A model generated the notes under the pieces. It was not told the origin of the DNA, ran no database searches, and saw only the letters and a list, made by a program, of their open reading frames with translations. Source: Armatimonadota bacterium (GTDB lineage Bacteria; Armatimonadota; UBA10988). From it: DNA of 64,000 nt. The DNA is taken from positions 1-64,000 of the forward strand of contig JACRKZ010000017.1 in NCBI GenBank assembly GCA_016235455.1, read 5' to 3'. How positions within the stretch are numbered: position 1 is the first letter of the stretch; each line of letters opens with the position of its first letter. Position numbers and translations under genes: made by a program. Positions 54,913 to 64,000 of this stretch are shown here, piece by piece.

Positions 54913-55890
54913 CTAGAGAGCGTTGGCCTTGGTCCATTCCAGCAGCTCATCGACCTGGGCAAACGCCAGGCCGGTGACCGTGTCGGCCGCGCCATAGTAG
55001 ATGGCCAGCCGGCCGGTGGGCGCGTCGCACAGCGCGGCGCAGGGGAACCAGACGTTGGGCACGTCACCCACGCACTCGTAGGAGGTCTGCGGGCTGGCGA
55101 TGTACGGTGCGCCGCGGTACAGCACTTTCCAGGGCTCATCGAGGTCGAGGATGGCGCAGCCGGCCGAGTAGACGAAGCCGTTGCAGCTGTTGAGCACGCC
55201 GTGGTAGATGAGCAGCCAGCCTTCGCTGGTCTCGATGGGGATGGGGCCGGCGCCGATCTTGGTGCTCTGCCAGCCGCCGCTGGGCCGCATGACGAAGCGG
55301 TGCTTGCCCCAGTGGGCCATGTCGGGGCTCTCGGAGTAGTAGATGTCGCCAAAGGGCGTGTGGCCGTTGTCGCTGGGGCGGCTGAGCATGGCCCATTTGC
55401 CGTTGATCCGGCGCGGGAACAGCACGCCGTTGCGGTTGAACGGCAGGTAGGCGTTCTCCAACTGGTAGAACGTCTCGAAATCGTAGGTGTAGCCCACGCC
55501 GATGGTCGGGCCGTGGTAGCCATTGCACCAGGTCACCCAGTAGCGGTCCTCGATCCACACCACGCGGGGATCGTAGCCGTACTCCCAGTTGCCGATCTCG
55601 GGGTCGTCGCAGACGAACTTGATGCGCTCGGGCGACAGCGTCCAGTTGATGCCGTCGTCGCTGCGGCCCGAGTGCAGCTGCATGGCGCGGCGCTTGTCGT
55701 CGCAGCGGAAGACGCCGGCGAACTTGCCCTCATAGGCCACGGCGGCCGAGTTGAAGATGCTGTTGCTGCAGGGGATCAGGTCGCGCGGGATGATCGGGTT
55801 GCCGCTGTAACGCCAGCACGGATCCAGGCAGCCCGCGGGCTTATCTTCCCAGGGCATGTTGGGGATGGCCTGGCCAATGGCTTTGCTCAT
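54913..55890 (-). CDS. GH130 mannoside phosphorylase
   Basis: [46 protein letters not shown]. Confidence 0.93.
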   Translation of the reverse strand: MSKAIGQAIPNMPWEDKPAGCLDPCWRYSGNPIIPRDLIPCSNSIFNSAAVAYEGKFAGVFRCDDKRRAMQLHSGRSDDGINWTLSPERIKFVCDDPEIGNWEYGYDPRVVWIEDRYWVTWCNGYHGPTIGVGYTYDFETFYQLENAYLPFNRNGVLFPRRINGKWAMLSRPSDNGHTPFGDIYYSESPDMAHWGKHRFVMRPSGGWQSTKIGAGPIPIETSEGWLLIYHGVLNSCNGFVYSAGCAILDLDEPWKVLYRGAPYIASPQTSYECVGDVPNVWFPCAALCDAPTGRLAIYYGAADTVTGLAFAQVDELLEWTKANAL

Positions 55891-55972
55891 GAGACGCCTC
55901 CTTGCTCAGAGGCGCAGGCTTCGCCACGGGCCGGAAGGGTCCTTCACGGGGGCGCGGGCTGTCGCTGGAGGC

Positions 55973-56380
55973 CTACAGGTCGAACGATCCGACGCGGCTG
56001 ACCTGGCCGGTCTGATGGTCGTAGCGTAGGATGGCGCAGCGGCCGTTGGCCGTGCCGGCGGCAAACCAGGTGGCACCGTCGGTCTGGCGCAGCACGCCGA
56101 AGCTGGGCGTCTTGGACACCGGGATGTCGACGCCCTCGACCTTGACCGACGGCAGGCTCTGCACCTTGACCGGCAGGTCGCCCTGGTCATAGCGGTCGAG
56201 CCGCACCTGCACGGGCCGTTCCACTTGAATGGGAATGGTGCGCTCGGCCTCGACGCGGAAGACGTTGGGCCAGTTGACATCGAGCCGATCGGCGGCCCAG
56301 GCCACGGCTGGACCGAGCATCTGGCCGAGCATGATGCCGCCGGCGACGGCGAAGAGGAGGGGACGTCGTGGGGTTGGCAT
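55973..56380 (-). CDS. Secreted hypothetical protein
   Basis: RBS AGGAG, N-terminal signal, 135 aa, host-like codon use. Confidence 0.65.
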   Translation of the reverse strand: MPTPRRPLLFAVAGGIMLGQMLGPAVAWAADRLDVNWPNVFRVEAERTIPIQVERPVQVRLDRYDQGDLPVKVQSLPSVKVEGVDIPVSKTPSFGVLRQTDGATWFAAGTANGRCAILRYDHQTGQVSRVGSFDL

Positions 56381-56485
56381 GAGGGTCTCCTGGTGCTTGG
56401 GACGGGGCTGGGTGAGGTGCTGTCAACCGAGCCGGCCGAGTCGCGTATCGGAGCGCCCGTGCGCCCGAGGTGAACCAGACCGTCC

Positions 56486-56833
56486 TCAACCTCGCGGCCG
56501 GTCCGCGATCTCGACAAGCACCTCGCCGCCAGACACGTAGGCCAGCGCCGTTGGCAGGGCCTCGGCGAAGACTGCGCGCAGCCTATCGCTGGACGTGTTC
56601 CCAATAGTGAGCCAGACCACGCTCGGCGGAGGGCCTAGACTCGCCAGAAGGTCCCGGAAGTCCGAATCTTTGGTTACGATGACCGCGTCCGCCCTGCGTG
56701 CAGCGAGGAAGATGCGTCTGTCGGACTCGTCGCGCAGACCCAGATCGCGCACCGACACACAGGCCACACCGAACTGGCCTGCGATCCAGGGCGAGAGCTT
56801 GGGCGAGAGTTGCGCGTCGAGCCACAGCGTCAT
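56486..56833 (-). CDS. DUF5615 PIN-like toxin
   Basis: LWLDAQLSP, DRRIF, IVTKDSDF, GPPPSVVWLTIGN. Confidence 0.9.
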   Translation of the reverse strand: MTLWLDAQLSPKLSPWIAGQFGVACVSVRDLGLRDESDRRIFLAARRADAVIVTKDSDFRDLLASLGPPPSVVWLTIGNTSSDRLRAVFAEALPTALAYVSGGEVLVEIADRPRG

Positions 56834-57054
56834 GCGGCGACCACCGGATGGCCGGTAAGCCTGGCCGCATAAGCAAGGCAAGCTACGAGGTCGTCGAGTT
56901 CGAGGTCGGGCATCTCATCAACGATCTGCTCAGGCGATAGTCCGGCGGCGAACAGGTCCAGCACATCCTGCACTCGAATGCGCATGCCTCGCACACACGG
57001 CCTGCCTCCGCACTGCTCCGAATCAACCGTGATGCGCTCGCTGACGTACTTCAT
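56830..57054 (-). CDS. DUF433 antitoxin
   Basis: CGGRPCVRGMRIRVQDVL...PDLELDDLVACLAYA; ATGA overlap with toxin. Confidence 0.92.
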   Translation of the reverse strand: MKYVSERITVDSEQCGGRPCVRGMRIRVQDVLDLFAAGLSPEQIVDEMPDLELDDLVACLAYAARLTGHPVVAA

Positions 57055-57074
57055 CGCAGGCCCTCTATAGGAGC

Positions 57075-57103
57075 AGGATGGCAGCGCGAGAGGCGCTTGT
57101 CAA
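57075..57103 (-). promoter_or_regulatory. Probable promoter of DUF433/DUF5615 pair
   Basis: TTGACA-17 nt-CATCCT. Confidence 0.5.
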
Positions 57104-57108
57104 TCAGC

Positions 57109-58239
57109 TCACCCCCGCACACACAACACCCGGTTTAGCACGCGGATCTCATCGCCCTGCGGCCCATGCCCCGCGGCGTAGTCCGCGGGATCGCCCGATT
57201 TGGGGTCGCTGCGCTGGCAGCCGGCACCATGGGCGTTCATGCGGCCGCCGCCGAACTGCCAGGCCGACGTGCCGCGGCCGAAGCAGATGTACACGCCGTA
57301 CAGGTTCTCCTCGTGGGTGGTGCTCGTCCAGCACCAGGCCTCGGGGTCGCTGAGCCGGAACAGCGGATCGATGGCCGGGCCGCGCCGTGCCTCGTCGTCG
57401 GCGTCGGGCGCGCGGGTGTAGTCGACGATGGACTGCAACTCCTTGGCATTGGGCAGCCGCCAGTCGTCGTGGCCGGCCAGCTTCAGGCCCTCGGCGTAGG
57501 TCAGGGCATCCAGCCAGCCCATGGCCGAGCCGGCATCGGCCTGCTGCCAGGTCAGGCCCGTGGCGCGATCGGTGATGGTACCGTCGCCATTGTCATGAAA
57601 GTCGTTGCGGCCGTAGTCGGGGTTGCCGCGCACGCAGCGTACGAACAGGTGCGCGCCGTCGGCCTCGGGTCGGCCGCCGAATTGCGTGGGATAGGCCTTG
57701 ATGCGGCCGTCGGCGAAGTTGTAGCCGAAGACCGAGCGGTCGCCGGCCATGGTGCGGCCCAGGTAGCGCGTGCTCGACCAGACCTGGGCATCGATGGGCC
57801 GCACACCAGTGGACTCGTCGGGCCATTCGAAATCGAAGGCGCGCTGGCTGAGATACGGGCGGTGGCGGAAGAAGTTGCCGCGGAAGTCGACAATCGAATA
57901 CAGCTCCTTGATACTCGGCAGGCGCCAGTCGTCGTGGCCGGCGAGTTGGAGCTTGTCCGCATAGGCAAGGGCCTCATCGAGCGTCATGCGGTGCTCGTAG
58001 TCGGGCGAGGTCTGCCATGTGAGCCCGGTGTTCAGGTCGGTCGTGGTGCCGTCACCGTTGTCGTGATAGGCCGGCTGCACGCCGTTGTACTGGGCGTCCT
58101 GACCGTAGAACGCGTCGCCAGGCGCGGGCGGGGCGATGGGTCCGGCGATATCGAAACAGCGCGTCTGTCCGGTGTCCACCACGACGTACGGCAGCTTGGG
58201 CGGCTGGCTGACGGCCAGAGCAAACACGAGTGTCCACAT
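57109..58239 (-). CDS. DUF1566 (Lcl-like) double-domain secreted protein
   Basis: Two DNGDGT.TD..TGLTWQ...GHDDWRLP..KEL.SIVD repeats. Confidence 0.9.
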   Translation of the reverse strand: MWTLVFALAVSQPPKLPYVVVDTGQTRCFDIAGPIAPPAPGDAFYGQDAQYNGVQPAYHDNGDGTTTDLNTGLTWQTSPDYEHRMTLDEALAYADKLQLAGHDDWRLPSIKELYSIVDFRGNFFRHRPYLSQRAFDFEWPDESTGVRPIDAQVWSSTRYLGRTMAGDRSVFGYNFADGRIKAYPTQFGGRPEADGAHLFVRCVRGNPDYGRNDFHDNGDGTITDRATGLTWQQADAGSAMGWLDALTYAEGLKLAGHDDWRLPNAKELQSIVDYTRAPDADDEARRGPAIDPLFRLSDPEAWCWTSTTHEENLYGVYICFGRGTSAWQFGGGRMNAHGAGCQRSDPKSGDPADYAAGHGPQGDEIRVLNRVLCVRG

Positions 58240-58358
58240 GGTGTCTCTCCCGTTGAGCATGATTATGATGCGCCGAGCCAAGCACCAAACGCGCATGACG
58301 AGACTGTCACCAAGCGCGCGCGGGCAGGTCTATACTCTGGAGTCGGGAGTATGACAGG

Positions 58359-59486
58359 ATGTCGCAGCGGATTCGCGTGGGCGTGATGTTCGGTGGCCGG
58401 TCGGGCGAGCACGAGGTCTCGCTGGCCAGTGCCTACAGCGTGATGACCCATCTCGATCCCGCCCGTTTCGACGTGGTGCCCATCGGGATCGCCAAGGACG
58501 GTCGCTGGTTGGCTGGAGGCGAAGCTTGGCCGCAACTGCGCGCTGACGCGCGGATAGCGCTTGGCCCGAGTGACGCCGACGTGCCGCGCGGCTTGCTCGA
58601 CGAGACCAACGCCGGTGCGCTGACGCGCCTGCCGGGCGGTGCGCTGGAAACGCGGCCGGCGGCGGTTTTGGGCCAGATCGACGTGGTCTTCCCGGTGTTG
58701 CACGGCACCAACGGCGAGGACGGCACCATGCAGGGCTTGCTGGAACTGGCCGACCTGCCCTATGTCGGGCCGGGCGTGGCTGCTTCGGCGCTGGCCATGG
58801 ACAAGGTGCAGAGCAAGCGCGTGCTCGAATCGGCGGGCATCCCGCAGTGCGACTGGCGCGAGGTGCGCCGCTGCGACCTGGAGCGTGACCCCGAGCGGGT
58901 CCTGGCCACCTGCGCCGAGATGGGCTGGCCGGTGTTCGTCAAGCCCGCCAACCTGGGCTCCAGCGTGGGTATCAGCAAGGTGCATGGCCCCGACGAACTG
59001 CCCGCGGCGCTGGCGCTGGCGGCGCGTTTCGACCGGCGGCTCATCGTCGAGGCCGGCGTGCCGGACGCCCGCGAGATCGAAGTGGCCGTGCTGGGCAACG
59101 ACGAGCCGCAGGCCTCGGTGGCCGGCGAAGTCGTGCCCTGCGAGGAGTTCTACAGCTACGAGGCCAAATACATCAATCCCGACTCGGAGCTGATGATCCC
59201 CGCGCCGTTGTCCGAGGCGATGGCCCAGCGCATCGGCGAGTTGGCTATCGCCGCCTACCGCGCCTTGGACTTGGCCGGTCTGTCGCGGGTCGACTTCCTC
59301 GTGCCGCGCGGCACCGAGGAGATCTACCTCAACGAGGTCAACACCATTCCCGGCTTCACGCCGATCAGCATGTATCCGAAACTCTGGGCCGCCAGCGGCC
59401 TCAGCTACGATGACCTGCTGGCGCGGCTGGTGGAGCTGGCCGTCGAACGACATCGGGACAAGAGCCGGTCGGCAACGTCCATCTAG
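58359..59486 (+). CDS. ddl: D-alanine--D-alanine ligase
   Basis: FGGRSGEHEVSL, LHGTNGEDG, KPANLGSSVG, YSYEAKY, NEVNTIPG. Confidence 0.97.
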   Translation: MSQRIRVGVMFGGRSGEHEVSLASAYSVMTHLDPARFDVVPIGIAKDGRWLAGGEAWPQLRADARIALGPSDADVPRGLLDETNAGALTRLPGGALETRPAAVLGQIDVVFPVLHGTNGEDGTMQGLLELADLPYVGPGVAASALAMDKVQSKRVLESAGIPQCDWREVRRCDLERDPERVLATCAEMGWPVFVKPANLGSSVGISKVHGPDELPAALALAARFDRRLIVEAGVPDAREIEVAVLGNDEPQASVAGEVVPCEEFYSYEAKYINPDSELMIPAPLSEAMAQRIGELAIAAYRALDLAGLSRVDFLVPRGTEEIYLNEVNTIPGFTPISMYPKLWAASGLSYDDLLARLVELAVERHRDKSRSATSI

Positions 59487-59522
59487 GGGCGTGCCGGCTG
59501 TGAGCTAGGGTTGGAGGTCGGC

Positions 59523-60809
59523 ATGGCGCTACCCATACCGTCGAACCAGGAGGCCCTGCAGCGGCTGGCGATTGCCCTCTGCATCGGCATGTTCATCGGG
59601 CTCGAGCGCGAGTATGCGCAGAGCGAGAAGGAGGGCTCCACTACCGGCATGCGCACGATGGCGCTGATCAGCCTCCTCGGCGCGGCCGGCACCTATCTGG
59701 GCATGATCTTCGGGGAGACGTGGATCCCGGCGGCCGGCCTGCTCGTGCTCGGCGCCATCACGGTGGCCTCCTATATCGAGTCGCTGCGCAAGCGCACCGG
59801 GCCGGGCGGCCTGGGCATGACCACCGAGGTCAGTGGCCTGCTGACCTACGCGCTCGGCGCACTGGCCATGTGTGGCCAGCTGACCGTGGCCGGGGTGCTG
59901 GCCGTGGCCACCACCGTGGTGCTCTCGGCCAAGCAGTCGATGCACTCCTTCGTGCATGGCATGGGCCAAGAGGACATGGTCGCCACGCTCAAGTTCGCCG
60001 TGGTCACGTTCATCATCCTGCCCATCCTGCCACGCGAGGCGTTTGGCCCGTACAGCGCCTTCAACCTGTGGAAGACCTGGCTGATGGTCGTGCTCATCGC
60101 CGGCATCGGCTTCTTGGGTTATGCGCTGACCAAGGTCATCGGCGCGCAGCGCGGTATCGTCGTCTCCAGCCTGGTCGGCGGCCTGGCCAGCAGCACGGCG
60201 GTCACCTTGAGCAACGCCAAGCGCAGCCGCACCATCGAGAGCCTCTCGTCGCCGCTGGCGCTGGGCATTGTGCTGGCGGGCGCCATGATGGTGCCGCGCG
60301 TGGCGCTGGAAGTGGCCGCCGTCAATCCCGCGCTGATGCCGCTGTGCGCCGTGCCCATGGGAACGCTGTTGGTCGCCACGCTGGCCTGCACGTGGCTCAT
60401 GCATCGGCACCTGCGGGGCACGCAGGGCACGGACGAGTACCACGAGACCCAACACGTCAACCCGTTTGAGCTGGGTCCGGCGCTCAAGTTCGCCGCGGCG
60501 TTCGCCGTGGTGTCGCTGCTGGTGGCCATCGCCCGCGAGCGTGGCGCCAGCGCCGGCATCTACGCCATCAGCGGCGTCTCCGGCCTGGCGCAGGTGGATG
60601 CGGCGGTCATCTCGCTGTCGCAGCAGGCCAAGGAAGGCCTGGACCCGCTGCTCGCGGCGCGCGGCATCATGCTGACCATCATCGTCAACACGCTGTTCAA
60701 GGGCGGCATCGCCCTGTGGCTGGGCTCGCGCGAGCTGGGCCGGCGGGTCATGGTGCCGCTGGCGGTGATTGCCCTGCTCGGCCTGACCGCGACGATCCTG
60801 GTGCACTGA
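59523..60809 (+). CDS. MgtC/SapB plus DUF4010 membrane protein
   Basis: IGLERE, GMRT, GMTTE, GGLASSTAVT, NPFEL, GLAQVDA. Confidence 0.9.
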   Translation: MALPIPSNQEALQRLAIALCIGMFIGLEREYAQSEKEGSTTGMRTMALISLLGAAGTYLGMIFGETWIPAAGLLVLGAITVASYIESLRKRTGPGGLGMTTEVSGLLTYALGALAMCGQLTVAGVLAVATTVVLSAKQSMHSFVHGMGQEDMVATLKFAVVTFIILPILPREAFGPYSAFNLWKTWLMVVLIAGIGFLGYALTKVIGAQRGIVVSSLVGGLASSTAVTLSNAKRSRTIESLSSPLALGIVLAGAMMVPRVALEVAAVNPALMPLCAVPMGTLLVATLACTWLMHRHLRGTQGTDEYHETQHVNPFELGPALKFAAAFAVVSLLVAIARERGASAGIYAISGVSGLAQVDAAVISLSQQAKEGLDPLLAARGIMLTIIVNTLFKGGIALWLGSRELGRRVMVPLAVIALLGLTATILVH

Positions 60810-61113
60810 CCGGCGGCTTGGCCAGCTCGGCCAGCATGGCGCGCGCTACTCGGTCGCGATAGCCCGCGTCGCGCTGCAGCCGCGCCAGGCCCGCACGGTA
60901 GGCGCGCGCGCTCACGCTGTGCTCGGCCATCTGACGGCTCTGCTCGGCGGTGGGCGATCCCAACGCGCGCCAGTCGCCCTGCTCCAGCGCCTCGCTACTG
61001 GGCTGCGCGATGACGATGGCGCGGGCCATCGCCTCCGGCTTGGGCCCGCCGTCGCAGCCGGCCAGGGCCAGGCCGGCCGCGGTGGCCATCAGCACCGCTC
61101 GCCACCGTGTCAT
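60748..61113 (-). CDS. Putative lipoprotein
   Basis: Lipobox LALAGC; RBS GAGGAG; 3' end overlaps convergent MgtC gene. Confidence 0.6.
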   Translation of the reverse strand: MTRWRAVLMATAAGLALAGCDGGPKPEAMARAIVIAQPSSEALEQGDWRALGSPTAEQSRQMAEHSVSARAYRAGLARLQRDAGYRDRVARAMLAELAKPPVSAPGSSRSGRAGQSPPAAP

Positions 61114-61255
61114 CGCCGCTCCTCAACACCAGCGCAACCGAGTCGCCCCAAAGACGGCCAATCCTCGCCACACGGCCTGCCAGGCGCCCATGGTACATGC
61201 TCTGTAGAGCGGACAAGTCCTTGATATCAGCGTCCGCCGCAAGGGAGAGAGAGCC

Positions 61256-61420
61256 ATGTTGAAACGTCTATTCGCCGAAGAAGAAGGCCAGACCTTGATC
61301 GAGTACGGTCTGCTCACCGCCCTGATCGCCGTCGTGGCGATCTCCATCCTGTCGGTGCTGGGCCGCAAGGTGTCGGACACCTTCACCACCGTCAACGAGA
61401 ACATGACGACCTCGTCGTAA
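61256..61420 (+). CDS. flp: Flp/Fap type IVb pilin (54 aa, absent from ORF track)
   Basis: MLKRLFAEEEGQTLIEYGLLTALIAVVAISILSVLGRKVSDTFTTVNENMTTSS; G|QTLIEY motif; RBS GGGAGAG. Confidence 0.92.
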   Translation: MLKRLFAEEEGQTLIEYGLLTALIAVVAISILSVLGRKVSDTFTTVNENMTTSS

Positions 61421-61440
61421 GCCGCTTGCTCCAACCTGGC

Positions 61441-61476
61441 CTAGCGGTCAGGGCCGCACCCGGCCCTGACCGCTAG
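61441..61476. terminator. Strong hairpin between convergent genes
   Basis: CTAGCGGTCAGGGCCG-cacc-CGGCCCTGACCGCTAG 16-bp perfect stem, no U tract. Confidence 0.6.
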
Positions 61477-61506
61477 ACCCCGACCCACCCCACGCGCTGC
61501 TCACCA

Positions 61507-63444
61507 CTAGCCCAGGAAGTGGTAGGGCTTGAAGTCGGAGAAGGTGCCGATCACGTTGGCCAGGCCGCCGGCGAGGAAGTCGCCCAGGATCAGGCCCAGG
61601 AAGAACGGCAGGAACCGGCGATAGCCCTTCAGCCCGCTGTAGCGCACAATCGACGCCTTGCAGGCCCAGGCGATCATCAGCGGCAGCCACACCGTGCCCA
61701 TCGACCAGGTCGACGAGATGCCGTAGCCCACCGGGTGCAGCGGGAAGCCGACGAAGCGAATGCGCACCAGGAACAGCAGCAGCGCCACCACATAGCCTGC
61801 GCCAATGCCCGTGAGCGCGCCGCCGTCGGGCTTGGTCGGCGTCTTCAGCCAGGCCGCGAGCTGGTTCCAAGGCTGTGAACCAAAGCCGCGCATGATGCCG
61901 GCCAGCTTGCTGCTCTCCAGACCTTCGCCGATGTGCGAAGCGATCAGCGCCCAGTAGGCCGAGGGAATGGCCACCAGCGCCGCCAGCACCATGGCCAGCA
62001 TCACCTTGCGCTGCGACACGCCCGTGCGCTGCGCGCCGACGATGCTCTCGATGAAGAACGGCCCGGGATGGCTGCGATGGGCGCGGTTGAACCAGAAGAA
62101 GAACGTGTAGCCCACCAGCGTGCGCGGCGTGAAGTTCAGCGGGCCCATGATGTGGACCGCGATGAGGCCCGGATCGGCGAAATGCAGGTCGTGGACCGGC
62201 GCGCCGAACTCCGCGCGCAGGCGTAGCACGGCCAGCGTGACGCCCAGATAGCCGACCAGGAAGAGGATGGCGGGCACGGCATCCATGCCGAAATGGATGG
62301 AGAACCACAGCAGGAAGCCCACTGACACCAGGTGCAGCAGACTGGCCGTGCGGTAGCGCATGGCCTCGCGCCCTTCGCCCTCGGCGCGCCAGGAGCTGAT
62401 CGTCGCCCGCCACACGTCGCGCAGATGGGCGCGTGCCGCCCAGATGACGATGGTGGCGATGCCCAGGTAGGCGCCCAGCGCCTGCTCGGGCACGTACGGC
62501 GCCAACGGCTTGTTGTTGCCCAGCCCCAGCGCCGCGGCGATGACCATCTGGGCCTTCCAGTACCAGAAGAAGACCCACGAACTGAACAGAATGTCCAGCG
62601 GCAGCAAGTAGCCCAGGCCGATGGCCCACGGCAGGAACCATAATGGGCTCCAGCCGACCGCGTTCCACGGATGCGTGGTGAGGTAGTCGCTCAGATACTT
62701 GTCGCGGCAGGCGATGTACGGCAGGCTCGGGTAGACCTGGTGCAGGTTGTTCATCAGGTTGATGAACAGCGGCAGCGCGAACCCGGCCCACATCAGCGGA
62801 TTGCGCCACAGGCCGCCGTCGGGCTGGGTCATCTCCAGGGGCAGCATGACCAGCGGGAAGGTCAGCTTCTCGTGGTCGGCCCACTGGCGCCGCAGGATGG
62901 CGCCCATGGAGGCGAAGGTGCCGAGCAGCGCGGCCGTGAACAGACCCCACCAGAACAGCGGCTTGACGAACCCGCTGAACACTTCGGGCCGCCAGAGGGT
63001 GTCGTGGCCCATGAAAATGGCCTTGAGCGTCTCCTTCTGGCTGATCAGCAGGCTGGGGTGCACGTAACGGATGAACAGGTCCTGCCAGCCGTTCTCGGGG
63101 GTGGCGTACTGGTGCGGGTGCCAGAGCATCGACAGCAGCACCTGCGCCTGGTCGTGACCGACCAGCGCGGAGCCGATGCCCAGCATGAAATAGACCATCA
63201 GCAGTTCGGGCCGCGAGAGGCCCAGGCCGGGCCGCAGGCGGTCGAGCCCGCGCGAGATGACGGTGAGCAGCAGCAGCCAGCAGACGCAGTTGAAATAGAG
63301 CGAGTAGGTGGTGGGGTGACCGGTGTACTTGGCCGCCTCCATGACCGCGACCCAGTAGCTGTTGAGTGGTATCAGCAGCAGGCCGAGCAGGATGGCCCGC
63401 GCGCGCAACGGCACGGGCTGGACCGCGGTCGTCTCGTCCACCAC
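61507..63444 (-). CDS. Polytopic membrane protein, DUF6785/DUF6784-like (OPT-like transporter)
   Basis: RAILLG, RRQWADHEKLTFPLVMLP, RLRAEFG.P, PLHPVGY, PFFLGLILGD. Confidence 0.75.
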   Translation of the reverse strand: MVDETTAVQPVPLRARAILLGLLLIPLNSYWVAVMEAAKYTGHPTTYSLYFNCVCWLLLLTVISRGLDRLRPGLGLSRPELLMVYFMLGIGSALVGHDQAQVLLSMLWHPHQYATPENGWQDLFIRYVHPSLLISQKETLKAIFMGHDTLWRPEVFSGFVKPLFWWGLFTAALLGTFASMGAILRRQWADHEKLTFPLVMLPLEMTQPDGGLWRNPLMWAGFALPLFINLMNNLHQVYPSLPYIACRDKYLSDYLTTHPWNAVGWSPLWFLPWAIGLGYLLPLDILFSSWVFFWYWKAQMVIAAALGLGNNKPLAPYVPEQALGAYLGIATIVIWAARAHLRDVWRATISSWRAEGEGREAMRYRTASLLHLVSVGFLLWFSIHFGMDAVPAILFLVGYLGVTLAVLRLRAEFGAPVHDLHFADPGLIAVHIMGPLNFTPRTLVGYTFFFWFNRAHRSHPGPFFIESIVGAQRTGVSQRKVMLAMVLAALVAIPSAYWALIASHIGEGLESSKLAGIMRGFGSQPWNQLAAWLKTPTKPDGGALTGIGAGYVVALLLFLVRIRFVGFPLHPVGYGISSTWSMGTVWLPLMIAWACKASIVRYSGLKGYRRFLPFFLGLILGDFLAGGLANVIGTFSDFKPYHFLG

Positions 63445-63475
63445 CTTCTACGCTCCGTTCTGCCTGGCCGCCGAC

Positions 63476-64000
63476 CTACTTGCCGCCACGGGCGATGACG
63501 TCCATGCGCCGCTTGATCTCGGGCAGGCCGAGGCCGCCGCTGCCTTCAATGGTCAGCCAGCCGTCGTACTCCACCTCGTCGAGCGCGGCGCGCACTTCGG
63601 GCCAGTTCACGCTGCCATCCAGCGGATCCTTCCAGTCACCGCCCTGGCCGTTGGCGTTGAGCTTGAAGTCCTTGACGTGGCACTTGGCCAGGTCGGCGCC
63701 CAGCGCGCGGATCCACAGCTCCGACTTGGAGTATTTGACCATGTTGCCGATGTCGAAATAGCCCTTGACCCACGGGCTGTGGAACGACTTGACGAACGCG
63801 GCGAAGTGGAGCGGGTCAACCCACAGGTTGTTCCACACATTCTCCAGCGCAATGACCACGCCGGTTTCCTTGGCCACGTCGATCAGCTTGGTGACCTGCT
63901 CGGCCGAGGTGTCCCAGGCACGATCCTGGGCAGCGATGTAGTCCCGGTACGGTGCGTTGTCGCCATCGACCACGCTGAGCAGATGGCCGGTGGCCGGGTC
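63476..64000 (-). CDS. Sugar phosphate isomerase/epimerase, C-terminal part (runs off window)
   Basis: IALENVWNN, YFDIGN, CHVKDF, WLTIE. Confidence 0.88.
   Translation of the reverse strand, partial: DPATGHLLSVVDGDNAPYRDYIAAQDRAWDTSAEQVTKLIDVAKETGVVIALENVWNNLWVDPLHFAAFVKSFHSPWVKGYFDIGNMVKYSKSELWIRALGADLAKCHVKDFKLNANGQGGDWKDPLDGSVNWPEVRAALDEVEYDGWLTIEGSGGLGLPEIKRRMDVIARGGK

Noticed and set aside
58359-59486. Van-type D-Ala-D-Lac ligase
   Set aside because: Omega loop YSYEAKY is the ordinary D-Ala-D-Ala type; no vanH/vanX neighbours.
61114-61255. c-di-GMP riboswitch before flp
   Set aside because: No GGCAAAC/GAAA/GACGCAAAG class I consensus; only a simple hairpin.
61123-61434. 103-aa minus-strand ORF
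   Set aside because: Antisense shadow of the Flp pilin gene.

Overview
High-GC bacterial chromosome segment. The DUF1559-type prepilin ([23 protein letters not shown]9-DG), Tat-exported Gfo/Idh/MocA plus HEAT-repeat pair, DUF6785-like transporter and ffh-rpsP-khpA-rimM-trmD-rplS-lepB order suggest an Armatimonadota-like organism (inference). Core content: the 5' end of tuf with tRNA-Thr/Tyr/Thr, divergent tRNA-Gln/Glu, envelope genes, an RND pump with TetR, comM, purF, ddl and carbohydrate enzymes (GH42, GH116, GH62, GH130). I saw no integrase, transposase, prophage or CRISPR array. Most notable: (1) an integrase-free islet after comM (candidate defence gene plus higB/higA-IrrE) whose flanking genes have abruptly C-depleted 3' tails, with four cassette-bordering genes ending in (C/A)GG GGG stop; (2) an orphan alpha/beta-hydrolase fused to an unnamed helical domain, a candidate effector-swap defence protein; (3) several coexisting palindromic repeat families, one with four copies built from 9-nt units, two elements lying in probable gene 5' ends; (4) a structured spacer where tRNA-Gly normally lies; (5) two genes with internal deletions. 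All family calls are from motif recognition by eye, not database searches.
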